DNA of 64,000 bases from NCBI GenBank assembly GCA_021202845.1, contig JAJQCF010000028.1, forward strand, positions 3,796 to 67,795, written 5' to 3'. The position numbers and the translations under genes are program-made. The notes below the pieces were generated by a model, which worked only from the letters and a program-made list of their open reading frames with translations, was not told the DNA's origin and made no database searches. Position 1 is the first letter of the stretch. Each line of letters begins with the position of its first letter. Origin of the DNA: Oscillospiraceae bacterium (GTDB lineage: Bacteria; Bacillota; Clostridia; Oscillospirales; Oscillospiraceae). Shown here one piece after another: positions 12,072 through 21,260 of the stretch.

Positions 12072-12100
12072 TTGACATATACCCCCGACGGGTATATAAT
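12072..12100 (+). promoter_or_regulatory. Promoter (TTGACA-17-TATAAT) with an embedded CsoR-type palindrome
   Basis: TTGACA at 12072..12077 and TATAAT at 12095..12100. The spacer is almost entirely the inverted repeat ATATACCC-CCGAC-GGGTATAT (12077..12097), which resembles the GC-cored ATACCC...GGGTAT operators bound by CsoR-family repressors. Confidence 0.55.
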
Positions 12101-12157
12101 ACGGTTAATACCCATAAAATCGGTGGACAATGGATTGGCTGCGCGGAGGAGAGCGTT

Positions 12158-12988
12158 ATGGAGCGGAGTTTGGAGATAAAATATGAAAAATTGCTGGACT
12201 GCCTGAAGGGCTTCGGCGGTGCTGCCGTGGCGTTTTCCGGCGGGGCGGATTCCGCGCTGTTGCTTTTTGCGGCGCGGAAGGCGCTGGGGGAGCGGGTGCT
12301 GGCTGTGACCGCCGCCTCGCGCATTTTCCCGCGGCGGGAGCTGGCAGAGAGCGAGGCGTTTTGCCGCGAGTACGGTGTGCGGCAGGTCGTTGTTGAGCTG
12401 AATGAGGCGGACGTAGAGGGCTTCCGCCAAAATCCGCCGAACCGCTGTTACCTCTGCAAGCGGGCGCTTTTCACAAAGTTCCTTGCCGCGGCGGAGGAAA
12501 ACGGTTTTGCCGTGGTCACGGAGGGGTCGAACACGGACGACGAGGGCGACTACCGCCCGGGGCTGGCGGCGGTGCGGGAGCTGGGCGTGGCAAGTCCGCT
12601 GCGCGCCGCGGGGCTGACGAAGGCGGAGGTCCGCGCCATATCCAAGGCTCTGGGGCTGCCGACGTGGAACAAGCCCTCCTTTGCCTGCCTTGCCTCGCGC
12701 TTCGCCTATGGGGAGGAAATCAGCGCGGAGAAGCTGCAAATGGTGGACGCGGCGGAGCAGCGGCTGCTGGACTTGGGCTTTGGTCAGGTGCGTGTGCGCG
12801 TCCACGGCGGCGCCGCGCGCATAGAAATCCTGCCCGAGGAATTTGATAAGCTGCTGCGGGTGCGGACAGAGATTTATGATGAGTTTAAGAAGATAGGCTT
12901 TGCTTACGCGGCGCTTGACTTGCTGGGATACCGCACGGGCAGCATGAACGAGACGCTGGCAGAGCGGAAAGGAAGCGCGGCGTGCTGA
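12158..12988 (+). CDS. PP-loop ATP-utilising enzyme, LarE-like (TIGR00268-type sulfur transferase family)
   Basis: PP-loop SGGADS near the N-terminus (AVAFSGGADSALLL) and a conserved NRCYLCK motif. Size is 276 aa. Family-level call only. Confidence 0.7.
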   Translation: MERSLEIKYEKLLDCLKGFGGAAVAFSGGADSALLLFAARKALGERVLAVTAASRIFPRRELAESEAFCREYGVRQVVVELNEADVEGFRQNPPNRCYLCKRALFTKFLAAAEENGFAVVTEGSNTDDEGDYRPGLAAVRELGVASPLRAAGLTKAEVRAISKALGLPTWNKPSFACLASRFAYGEEISAEKLQMVDAAEQRLLDLGFGQVRVRVHGGAARIEILPEEFDKLLRVRTEIYDEFKKIGFAYAALDLLGYRTGSMNETLAERKGSAAC

Positions 12989-13698
12989 ACGAGTTTTCCA
13001 GAACGGAGATGCTGCTGGGCAGCGCGGGCATGGAGCGTCTGGCGCGCGCCCGCGTTGCGGTGTTCGGCATCGGCGGCGTCGGCGGCTTCGCGGCGGAGGC
13101 GCTGGCGCGCAGCGGCGTGGGGTCGATAGTGTTAGTGGACAGCGACAGGGTCTGCCTCACGAATATAAACCGCCAGATTATCGCCACAAGAAAGACCGTA
13201 GGACGCTACAAGACCGAGGTTATGCGCGAGCGGATATTGGACATCAATCCCGCGGCGGAGGTGGAGGAGCGGCGCTGCTTCTATCTGCCGGAGAACGCCG
13301 ACGAGTTCGACTTCTCGCGTTACTCCTACGTCGTGGACGCTGTGGACACCGTGACGGCGAAGTTAGAGATAATCACGCGCGCGCACGGCTGCGGCGTGCC
13401 GGTAATAAGCTGCATGGGCGCGGGCAACAAGCTCGACCCGACGCGCTTTCGCGTGGCGGATATTTATGAGACAAAAATTTGTCCGCTGGCAAGGGTCATG
13501 CGGCGCGAGTGCCGCAGGCGCGGCATAACCTCGCTCAAGGTGGTGTATTCCACGGAGGAGAGCGCGGCTCCGCAGGCGGGCGAGGAGACGAGCGACGCGG
13601 AGCGGCCCATACCCGGCAGCGTGGCCTTTGTGCCCTCTGTGGCGGGCATGATTCTGGCCGGAGAGGTCATAAAGGACTTGGCGCAGGCAGCGCGATAG
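12982..13698 (+). CDS. tcdA: tRNA threonylcarbamoyladenosine dehydratase (ThiF/E1-like, TcdA/CsdL family)
   Basis: Rossmann motif VAVFGIGGVGGFAAEALARSGVG, then VDSD.V...NINRQ, and a C-terminal ...SVAFVPSVAGMILAGEVIKDL typical of TcdA. Confidence 0.75.
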   Translation: MLNEFSRTEMLLGSAGMERLARARVAVFGIGGVGGFAAEALARSGVGSIVLVDSDRVCLTNINRQIIATRKTVGRYKTEVMRERILDINPAAEVEERRCFYLPENADEFDFSRYSYVVDAVDTVTAKLEIITRAHGCGVPVISCMGAGNKLDPTRFRVADIYETKICPLARVMRRECRRRGITSLKVVYSTEESAAPQAGEETSDAERPIPGSVAFVPSVAGMILAGEVIKDLAQAAR

Positions 13699-13710
13699 GA
13701 GGAAAATGCA

Positions 13711-14034
13711 ATGGAAGAATATTCGGAAAAAGCCGCCTGCGAGTGCTGCTGCGGCAAAAAGACAAAGGAGCGCTCGCCGGAGGAGTACAAAAAGCTCATT
13801 CACCGCCTGAACCGTATTGAAGGGCAAATTCGGGGCATAAAAGGAATGGTGGAGCGCGACGCCTACTGCACGGACATTTTGGTGCAGTCCTCCGCCGTTG
13901 CCGCCGCGCTGAACGCCTTTAACAAGGAGCTGCTCGCCAACCACATCCGCACCTGTGTCGCCGACGACATTCGCAGCGGTCACGACGAGGTCATCGACGA
14001 GCTGGTGAACACGCTGCAAAAGCTGATGAAGTAA
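13711..14034 (+). CDS. csoR: CsoR-family copper-sensing transcriptional repressor
   Basis: 107-aa ORF with [13 protein letters not shown]......C.DIL.Q..A, the CsoR/RcnR family core. Cys/His ligand positions are present (C..., H...C near ANHIRTC). It lies immediately upstream of copA. Confidence 0.85.
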   Translation: MEEYSEKAACECCCGKKTKERSPEEYKKLIHRLNRIEGQIRGIKGMVERDAYCTDILVQSSAVAAALNAFNKELLANHIRTCVADDIRSGHDEVIDELVNTLQKLMK

Positions 14035-14059
14035 TGTAAATTTTCGGGGAGATTTAGCA

Positions 14060-16609
14060 ATGGAACAGTACACAGTAACCGGCATGAGCTGTGCGGCCTG
14101 CTCTGCCAGAGTGGAAAAGGCCGTGAGCCGCGTTTCCGGCGTGACGGCCTGCTCCGTCAGCCTGCTGACAAACTCAATGGGCGTGGAGGGCACGGCCTCG
14201 CCGCAGGCGATAATTTCCGCAGTGACGGCGGCGGGTTACGGCGCGGCGCTCAAGGGCGCGGGGACGGAAAAGACTGCGGCCTCCGCCGACGAGGACGCGC
14301 TGCGCGACCGCGAAACGCCGGTTTTGAAAAAGCGGCTTATCGCCTCAATCGGCTTTTTGCTTGTGCTCATGTACTTTTCCATGGGGCACATGATGTGGGG
14401 CTGGCCGCTGCCGAGCTGGTTCGATGGCAACCACGTCGCCATGGGGCTGGTGCAGCTGCTGCTGGCGACAATCGTCATGGTGATAAACCAAAAGTTTTTC
14501 ATCAGCGGCGCCAAGGGGCTGCTGCACCGCTCACCGAATATGGATACGTTGGTGGCGCTCGGCTCGTTCGCCTCGTATGCGTGGAGCGTGTATGCGCTGT
14601 TTATGATGACCGATGCCGTTGTCAAGGGCAGCGACGCGCTGGTTATGGAATACATGGACGAATTTTATTTCGAGTCCGCGGCCATGATTCTCACGCTCAT
14701 CACAGTCGGCAAAATGCTGGAGGCGCGCTCCAAGGGCAAGACGACGGACGCACTGAAAAGCCTGATGAGGTTAGCGCCCAAGCAGGCGACCGTCGTGCGG
14801 GACGGCGCGGAGACGGCGGTGCCTGTTGAGCAGGTGCGGCTGGGCGACGTGTTCGTGGTGCGCCCGGGCGAGAGCATACCCGTGGACGGCGTGATAATGC
14901 AGGGGACGAGCGCCGTGAACGAGGCGGCGCTGACGGGCGAGAGCATACCCGTGGACAAGGCGGAGGGCGACAGCGTCTCCGCGGCGACGATAAACCAGTC
15001 CGGCTTCATAACCTGCCGCGCCACGCGCGTAGGCGAGGACACAACGCTGGCGCAGATAATAAAAATGGTCAGCGACGCGGCGGCGACAAAAGCGCCCATT
15101 GCCAAGATTGCCGACCGCGTCTCCGGCGTTTTTGTGCCGACGGTCATCGCCATTGCGTTTGTGACAACGCTCGTGTGGCTGCTGTGCGGCCAGAGCTTCG
15201 GCTTTGCGCTGGCGCGGGGCATATCCGTGCTCGTCATCTCCTGCCCCTGTGCGCTGGGTCTGGCGACGCCGGTGGCTATCATGGTGGGCAGCGGCATGGG
15301 CGCGAAAAACGGTATTCTGTTCAAAACCGCCGTCTCGCTCGAGCAGGCTGGCAAGGTGAAGATAGTGGCTCTGGACAAGACCGGCACAATCACGAGCGGC
15401 AGCCCGCAGGTGACGGACATGGTCGCCGCCGAGGGCTGCACGGAGGATGAGCTGCTGGACGCGGCGCTGGCGCTGGAGAGCAAGAGCGAGCACCCGCTGG
15501 CGAAGGCCATTTTGCAAAAGGCCGCGGAGACGGGGCGCACCGCCGCCGAGGTGACGGACTTCCGCGCGCTGACCGGCAGCGGACTTACCGCCGTGCGGGA
15601 GGGCGAAACGCTGCTGGGCGGCAGCGTGAGGTTCATTTCCGAGAGCTTGACCGTGCCGCCCGCGCTGCTAACCGAGGCCGAGGCGCTGGCGGAGGGCGGC
15701 AAAACGCCGCTGCTGTTTGCCAAGGGCGGCAGAGTGCTGGGCATAATTGCCGTGGCGGACACGATTAAGGAGGACAGCCCCGCCGCCGTGCGCGAGCTGC
15801 AAAACATGGGGCTCAAAGTCGTCATGCTCACCGGCGACAACGAAAAAACCGCCCGCGCCATAGGCAGGCAGGCGGGCGTGGACGAGGTCGTGGCGGGCGT
15901 GCTGCCGGAGGGCAAGGAGGCGGTCATACGCACTCTCCGCTCCGGCGGCGCTGTGGCTATGGTCGGCGACGGCATAAACGACGCGCCCGCCCTCACGCGC
16001 GCTGACATAGGCATTGCCATAGGCGCGGGGGCGGACGTGGCGATTGACGCGGCGGACGTGGTGCTGATGAAGAGCAGGCTTTCCGACGTTCCCGCGGCCA
16101 TTCGCCTCAGCCGCGCGACGCTGCGCAATATTCACCAGAACCTGTTTTGGGCGTTTTTCTACAACTGCATAGGCATTCCGCTGGCGGCGGGCGTGTTCAT
16201 CTCGCTGCTGGGCTGGAAGCTGAACCCCATGTTCGGCGCGGCGGCCATGAGTCTGTCGTCATTTTGCGTAGTCTCGAACGCGCTGCGGCTGAATCTTTTC
16301 AAGATGCACGACGCGCGGCGCGACAGGCGGCTGCGGCATGAAGCCGTGCTGCCGGACTTGAGCGGCGGCGCGGAGGGCGAGCCCACGGCGGGGATAAACG
16401 TGACGCTCGCCGTCAAGGGCATGATGTGCTGCCACTGCGAAAACGCCGTAAAAACCGCGCTGGAGGCGCTGCCGCAGGTGCAAAGCGCGGCAGCCGACCA
16501 CGAAAAGGGCACGGCTGCCGTCAGCCTCAGCGCGGATATAAGCGACAAGGAGTTAAAAGAGTGCGTCAAGGCGGCGGGCTACAAGGTCACGTCCGTCAAG
16601 CGCGGGTGA
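14060..16609 (+). CDS. copA: Copper-translocating P1B-type ATPase with N-terminal and C-terminal HMA domains
   Basis: N-terminal HMA ([15 protein letters not shown]), TM CPC motif ([11 protein letters not shown]), phosphorylation site DKTGTIT, and hinge GDGINDAP. An extra C-terminal HMA-like domain ([20 protein letters not shown]) lies at about 16382..16606. Confidence 0.95.
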   Translation: MEQYTVTGMSCAACSARVEKAVSRVSGVTACSVSLLTNSMGVEGTASPQAIISAVTAAGYGAALKGAGTEKTAASADEDALRDRETPVLKKRLIASIGFLLVLMYFSMGHMMWGWPLPSWFDGNHVAMGLVQLLLATIVMVINQKFFISGAKGLLHRSPNMDTLVALGSFASYAWSVYALFMMTDAVVKGSDALVMEYMDEFYFESAAMILTLITVGKMLEARSKGKTTDALKSLMRLAPKQATVVRDGAETAVPVEQVRLGDVFVVRPGESIPVDGVIMQGTSAVNEAALTGESIPVDKAEGDSVSAATINQSGFITCRATRVGEDTTLAQIIKMVSDAAATKAPIAKIADRVSGVFVPTVIAIAFVTTLVWLLCGQSFGFALARGISVLVISCPCALGLATPVAIMVGSGMGAKNGILFKTAVSLEQAGKVKIVALDKTGTITSGSPQVTDMVAAEGCTEDELLDAALALESKSEHPLAKAILQKAAETGRTAAEVTDFRALTGSGLTAVREGETLLGGSVRFISESLTVPPALLTEAEALAEGGKTPLLFAKGGRVLGIIAVADTIKEDSPAAVRELQNMGLKVVMLTGDNEKTARAIGRQAGVDEVVAGVLPEGKEAVIRTLRSGGAVAMVGDGINDAPALTRADIGIAIGAGADVAIDAADVVLMKSRLSDVPAAIRLSRATLRNIHQNLFWAFFYNCIGIPLAAGVFISLLGWKLNPMFGAAAMSLSSFCVVSNALRLNLFKMHDARRDRRLRHEAVLPDLSGGAEGEPTAGINVTLAVKGMMCCHCENAVKTALEALPQVQSAAADHEKGTAAVSLSADISDKELKECVKAAGYKVTSVKRG

Positions 16610-16613
16610 GGCT

Positions 16614-17747
16614 TTACTTCAAAACAAAAATCTTCAGCTCCGTACCGGCGGGCTGGGGCGGGGAACCGGCAGGGATAAGGGCAATGGCGTTGCAGTCGCA
16701 GAAGGACATGAGCGAGCCGTTGCCCTGTCCCTCGTTGGGGCGGAACATGACGCGCCCGTTTTCTGGGAACACGCGGCCGCGGAGATAGCGGAACTGCGGG
16801 CTTTTTTTGCCGAACGGCTCCGAGAGCGCGGCCGTAGTCTCCGCCCACTGCAAGTCGCGGCGGCCGCACAGCGCCTTGATGTGCGGCATACCGACCATCA
16901 GCAGCGCCAGCAGCGCCGAGGCGGGGTTCCCGCTCAGGCCGAGAATCAGCTTGCCGTCCTTGACCGAGGCAATCATCGCCCCGCCCGGCTTCATGCGCAC
17001 ATTGCGCAGCACAACCTCCGCGCCCAACTTTTCCGCCGCGGCTACGTCGAAGTCGTAGTCGCCGACGGAAGCGCCGCCGGTGGTGAGAACACAGTCGCAT
17101 TTTTCAAGAGCTCCGCCCAGCGCGGAGGCGATAACGTCGGGGTCGTCGCCCACCATATCAAGGCAGCCGAGCTCCGCGCCCCAAGAGCGCAGGAAGCTGC
17201 CAATGGCGAAAAGGGAGCTGTTGTATATCTGTCCCTTTTTCAGCTCCTCGCCCGGGCGCACGAGCTCCGAGCCGGTGCTGATGACGCCTATAACGGGCTT
17301 TTTGTATACGTTCACGCGCGTGAACCCTTGGGAGGCCAGCACGCCAATGTGCGCGGGGGTCAGCACCTCGCCGCGCTCGGCCAGCAGCGAACCGGCGGTG
17401 ATGTCCTCGCCCGCGCGGACGACGTTGCTGCCCGCGGCGAAGGGGGAGAGGAACGTCACCGTCTCCGCCGTGAACTGCACGCGCTCATAGCCGATTGTGG
17501 TGTTCGCGCCTTCGGGCATGGGTGCGCCGGTGAGAATTTTGGCGCAGGTGCCCGCGGTGACGGGCTTGGTCGGCGCGCTGCCCGCGGGAATTTCCTCCGT
17601 TATGGTGAGCGTAACGGGGTTTTCGGGCGAGGCCGAGGCCGTGTCCTCGCCGCGGAAGGCGTAGCCGTCAAAGGGGCTTTTGTCAAACGGCGGCGAGGCG
17701 AGGCGGGCGTAAACGCTCTCCGCCAAAACGCGCCCGCAGGCGTCCAT
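16614..17747 (-). CDS. moeA: Molybdopterin molybdenumtransferase
   Basis: MoeA family motifs (PFDKSPFDGYAF, ISTGSEL, GGASVGDYD, MKPGGAM). The coordinates use the first ATG, but homology-like sequence continues in frame upstream to about 17837 with no canonical start codon (see findings). Confidence 0.85.
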   Translation of the reverse strand: MDACGRVLAESVYARLASPPFDKSPFDGYAFRGEDTASASPENPVTLTITEEIPAGSAPTKPVTAGTCAKILTGAPMPEGANTTIGYERVQFTAETVTFLSPFAAGSNVVRAGEDITAGSLLAERGEVLTPAHIGVLASQGFTRVNVYKKPVIGVISTGSELVRPGEELKKGQIYNSSLFAIGSFLRSWGAELGCLDMVGDDPDVIASALGGALEKCDCVLTTGGASVGDYDFDVAAAEKLGAEVVLRNVRMKPGGAMIASVKDGKLILGLSGNPASALLALLMVGMPHIKALCGRRDLQWAETTAALSEPFGKKSPQFRYLRGRVFPENGRVMFRPNEGQGNGSLMSFCDCNAIALIPAGSPPQPAGTELKIFVLK

Positions 17748-17875
17748 AAGCTCCAGCGTCTCGCTCTCCGGCGCTTTAGCAAGGCCGAGCAGCAGCTCGG
17801 CCGCCTCCGGTACGGTAAGTCCTTTTTTTATAGTAATCGCTCCCTTGCAGTAAAATTGTTAGTTCTATATTTTCT

Positions 17876-17904
17876 ATTCTACCCGCAAACCGCCGCAGCG
17901 TCAA
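17876..17904 (-). promoter_or_regulatory. Candidate promoter of moeA
   Basis: Minus strand reads TTGACG - 17 nt - TAGAAT, about 40 nt upstream of the AAGGGAG ribosome-binding site. Confidence 0.4.
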
Positions 17905-17926
17905 GCGGTTTTGCAAATAACGCCAA

Positions 17927-17957
17927 GCGGCGGAGCCTTTGTTTTTGGCTCCGCCGC
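17927..17957 (-). terminator. Intrinsic terminator after the feo operon
   Basis: 11-bp GC-rich stem GCGGCGGAGCC / GGCTCCGCCGC with a 9-nt loop. T-rich flanks on both strands. Confidence 0.6.
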
Positions 17958-17978
17958 AGTTTTGCTTTATTCAGTCTC

Positions 17979-18125
17979 TCACTTGCAGCACTGGTCGTGG
18001 TGCGCGCAGCCCTCGCAGCCGCAGGAGCAGCCAACGTGGTGGCGGCGGTTGTAGACGCCGCGGGCTATTATGCCGACCACGGCTGCCGCAATGAGCAGAC
18101 AGATGATTATAGACGCGAGGTTCAT
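17979..18125 (-). CDS. FeoB-associated Cys-rich small membrane protein
   Basis: Below the ORF-track size cutoff. Hand translation gives MNLASIIICLLIAAAVVGIIARGVYNRRHHVGCSCGCEGCAHHDQCCK (48 aa): one TM helix plus a Cys-rich tail. It starts 13 nt downstream of the feoB stop, the usual position for this family. Confidence 0.7.
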   Translation of the reverse strand: MNLASIIICLLIAAAVVGIIARGVYNRRHHVGCSCGCEGCAHHDQCCK

Positions 18126-18137
18126 GGGGTATTCTCC

Positions 18138-20618
18138 TTATTTCGCGGAGACCGCTTCCACGGAGCGGAGGCTGGGGCCGGCTTCGGTATACTTGTTCTT
18201 GCGGAACAGGAGGTAGATAAGTCCGGCCAGCAGCAGTACGGCCACTATGGTGAACAGATTGAAGGAGACCTGACCGGCGAAGAGTCCGCCGATTTGGTAG
18301 ACAATTAGCGCTATGACGTAGGCGTAAATGCACATATAGCCTATAGCCGCCCAAGTCCACTTGGCGTTGTTCATCTCGCGTTTGATGGCTCCCATTGCCG
18401 CGAAGCAGGGCGCGCACAGCAGGTTGAATACCATGAAGGAGTAAGCGGTGAGACCGGTGAAGTGCATCGCTATCTCCGCGCTGAGGTTGCCGGGGAAGAG
18501 CACGCCCATTGTGCTGACGACTTCTTCTTTGGCGATGAGGCCGGTGATTGTTGCCACCGTCGCCTGCCAAGTGCCGAAGCCGAGGGGCGCGAATATCCAG
18601 CAGATTGCGCCGCCGATTACGGCCAGCAGCGAGTCCTCGCTGTCCTCAACCATGCCGAACGAGCCGTTTTCCACGCCGAAGCTGTTCAGGAACCAGAGAA
18701 TGATTGTGGAGAGAAGTATGACCGTGCCCGCGCGCTTGATGAACGACCAGCCGCGCTCCCACATGGCGCGGAGCACGTTCTTGGCTGTCGGCGCGTGGTA
18801 GGCGGGCAGCTCCATGACGAAGGGAGCGGGCTCACCGGCGAAGGACTTGAACTTCTTGAGCATGATGCCGGAGATAATAACGGAGGCGATGCCGATGAAG
18901 TAGGCGGAGGTTGCGACCCAAGCGGAGCCGCCGAAGAGAGCGCCCGCGAAGAGGGCGATGATAGGCAGCTTTGCGCCGCAGGGGATAAAGCAGGTGGTCA
19001 TAATCGTCATTTTTCTGTCTCTGTCCTGCTCAATGGTGCGCGAGGCCATTACGCCCGGCACGCCGCAGCCGGAGGCCACGAGCAGAGGAATGAACGACTT
19101 GCCGGAAAGACCGAAGCGGCGGAAAATGCGGTCCATGATGAACGCTATACGGGACATATATCCGATGTCCTCCAAAATAGCCAGCAGCAGGAACAGCACG
19201 AGCATCTGGGGAACGAAGCCCAGCACCGCGCCGACGCCGGCCACTATGCCGTCAAGTATGAGCGAGGCCACGACCTCGTTGCAGTTCACGGCGTCCAGCA
19301 GGGACTCGACAAGCGCGGGGATACCCGGAATCCAAGTGCCGTAGTCGCTCGGCTCCGGCTCGGCCACGGTCACGGCCTCGGTGAACTCGGCAGCGCCGAC
19401 CTCGACCGTCTCCGTTTCGCCCGCCTCGTCGTCGTAGAGGTAGATTTCGGATGTGACGTCGGGAGCCTCGGCGGCGAGCGCGGCGGCCATTGCGCTGTCG
19501 GCCTCGCCCGCTTCCCAAGCCTCGGCAAACTCGGCGGTGTCAACTCCGGCTTCTTCAGCGGCCTCGAGATAAGCCTCGATGGTCTGGGTAGCCTCGTCAA
19601 ATGCGCCGAGGTCGTCCTCGTAGCCGTCGCCGCCCGCTATGAACCAGCCGTCGCCGAACAGTCCGTCGTTCGCCCAGTCGGTGAGCGCGGTGCCTATGGA
19701 CACCGTCCAGCCGCCCATTGCGATGGCGTAGACACAGAACATGACAACGACGAATATCGGCAGCGCCAGTATGCGGTTCGTGACAATGCGGTCAATTTTG
19801 TCGGAGACGGTGAGGTTTTTCTTCGAGCCCTTTTTCTTCACCGCCTTGGAGACAACGCCGCTTATGTAGGCGTAGCGCTGGTTGGTGATGATGCTCTCCG
19901 CGTCGTCTTCCATTTCCTTTTCGCAGTCGGCGATGTGAGCTTCAAGGTGTTCGCTGAGTGTTTTGTCCAGCTTGAGTTCTTCCAGCACCTTTTCGTCGCG
20001 CTCGAATATTTTTATTGCGTACCAGCGGAGGTTCTTTTCATCGACCTTGCCGCTTATGGACTCCTCGATGTGCGCCACGGCGTGCTCAACGCTGCCGGTG
20101 AAAACGTGCGGCGGCTCGCTTGTCAGACCCTTTTTGGCCTCCTCAATAGCTTTTTCTGCGGCCTCGATGCAGCCCGTGCCCTTGAGCGCGCTCATCTCCA
20201 CCACGGCGCATCCGAGGGAGGCGGAGAGCTTGTCAAGGCTGATGGTGTCGCCGTTTTTCTTCAGCACGTCCATCATGTTCACGGCCACCACAACGGGTAT
20301 GCCGAGCTCTATGAGCTGGGTGGTGAGGTAGAGGTTGCGCTCTATGTTCGTGCCGTCCACAATGTTGAGGATGACGTCCGGCTTTTCATTGACAAGGTAG
20401 CCGCGCGCCACGACCTCCTCCAGAGAATAGGGGGACAGCGAGTATATGCCGGGCAGGTCCTGAATTATAACGTCCTTGTGGTTCTTGAGCCGCCCGTCCT
20501 TCTTTTCCACGGTAACGCCCGGCCAGTTGCCGACATATTGGTTCGAGCCGGTCAGCGCGTTGAACAGTGTTGTCTTGCCGCAGTTCGGGTTTCCGGCAAG
20601 TGCTATTTTGATTTCCAT
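18138..20618 (-). CDS. feoB: Ferrous iron transporter FeoB (with a large acidic loop insertion)
   Basis: N-terminal G-domain (GNPNCGKTTLFN, DLPG, NMMD) followed by a polytopic permease. At 826 aa it is longer than usual because of an acidic insert at about aa 325-430. Confidence 0.95.
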   Translation of the reverse strand: MEIKIALAGNPNCGKTTLFNALTGSNQYVGNWPGVTVEKKDGRLKNHKDVIIQDLPGIYSLSPYSLEEVVARGYLVNEKPDVILNIVDGTNIERNLYLTTQLIELGIPVVVAVNMMDVLKKNGDTISLDKLSASLGCAVVEMSALKGTGCIEAAEKAIEEAKKGLTSEPPHVFTGSVEHAVAHIEESISGKVDEKNLRWYAIKIFERDEKVLEELKLDKTLSEHLEAHIADCEKEMEDDAESIITNQRYAYISGVVSKAVKKKGSKKNLTVSDKIDRIVTNRILALPIFVVVMFCVYAIAMGGWTVSIGTALTDWANDGLFGDGWFIAGGDGYEDDLGAFDEATQTIEAYLEAAEEAGVDTAEFAEAWEAGEADSAMAAALAAEAPDVTSEIYLYDDEAGETETVEVGAAEFTEAVTVAEPEPSDYGTWIPGIPALVESLLDAVNCNEVVASLILDGIVAGVGAVLGFVPQMLVLFLLLAILEDIGYMSRIAFIMDRIFRRFGLSGKSFIPLLVASGCGVPGVMASRTIEQDRDRKMTIMTTCFIPCGAKLPIIALFAGALFGGSAWVATSAYFIGIASVIISGIMLKKFKSFAGEPAPFVMELPAYHAPTAKNVLRAMWERGWSFIKRAGTVILLSTIILWFLNSFGVENGSFGMVEDSEDSLLAVIGGAICWIFAPLGFGTWQATVATITGLIAKEEVVSTMGVLFPGNLSAEIAMHFTGLTAYSFMVFNLLCAPCFAAMGAIKREMNNAKWTWAAIGYMCIYAYVIALIVYQIGGLFAGQVSFNLFTIVAVLLLAGLIYLLFRKNKYTEAGPSLRSVEAVSAK

Positions 20619-20657
20619 GCTCTGTGATTACCTCCTCTTTGCCAGCACAAACTAAAA

Positions 20658-20671
20658 TTAGTTTTTGCTAA
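20658..20671. promoter_or_regulatory. TTAG-N6-CTAA palindrome in the feoA-feoB intergenic region
   Basis: TTAGTTTTTGCTAA read directly. It has the same half-sites and spacing as the sites at 21264, 47170 and 47444. Confidence 0.3.
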
Positions 20672-20734
20672 CGCTTAATTAAAATTAAAGGCGGATTTAT
20701 TCCGCGGCCGCCGCGCGGTTAAAAATGCTCTGTG

Positions 20735-20956
20735 TCAGACGACCTCTATCATCTCGGCGTCGCCTTTGCGTACGCTCAGCTCGTAGCCGCGCACCTGAAG
20801 CTCCATCGGGTCTCCCAGCGGGGCGACCTTGCGCACAAATATTTCTGTGCCCTTGGTGATGCCCATGTCCATAATGCGGCGCTTCACGGGGCCTGTGCCG
20901 TTGAGCTTTGTGACGGTGACGGTTTCGCCGACCTTTACGTCCTTGAGTGTTGCCAT
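20735..20956 (-). CDS. feoA: FeoA family protein
   Basis: 73-aa SH3-like FeoA (VGETVTV.KL.G.G..RRI.DMGI.KGT.I.V....PLGDP.E). Confidence 0.9.
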   Translation of the reverse strand: MATLKDVKVGETVTVTKLNGTGPVKRRIMDMGITKGTEIFVRKVAPLGDPMELQVRGYELSVRKGDAEMIEVV

Positions 20957-21004
20957 GTCGTTTCCTCCTCTTTTATATGATTTCGCGCCGCGCGGCGCGG
21001 GTGT

Positions 21005-21217
21005 TCACACCATTATGCGGTTGGCCATCGACTTGTCCAGCGCGATGCGGCTGTCCTTGACCTGAACGATTATATTGCCGCTCAGCTGGGTTACAACCGT
21101 AACGTCCGTGTCCACGACGAAGCCGAGCTCGGCCAAGTGCTGGCGGACGCTGTCGCTACCCGTTATTTTGCGCACGGTGACTGTCTCGCCGGCGTTGACA
21201 AAACTTATAGGCATCAT
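21005..21217 (-). CDS. feoA: FeoA family protein (second copy)
   Basis: ORF 21005..21286. I prefer the ATG at 21217 (MMPISFVNAGETVTVRKITGSDSVRQHLAELGF...), which follows GGGAGG with good spacing. Confidence 0.85.
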   Translation of the reverse strand: MMPISFVNAGETVTVRKITGSDSVRQHLAELGFVVDTDVTVVTQLSGNIIVQVKDSRIALDKSMANRIMV

Positions 21218-21260
21218 AATCCTGCCTCCCAAGCCGGTATGCACCGGCGCGTTTACACGG

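Noticed and set aside
18462-20627. 721-aa plus-strand ORF
   Set aside because: It lies exactly antisense to feoB and has a low-complexity Arg/Gly/Ala/His-rich translation with no motifs. The same reasoning rejects 997..1899(+), 14665..16128(-), 16881..18308(+), 21075..22322(+), 23733..24950(+), 26855..28126(+), 34949..36265(+), 36339..37556(+), 43989..45248(-), 49850..51271(-), 51311..52711(-), 54640..55353(-) and 62172..62951(-).
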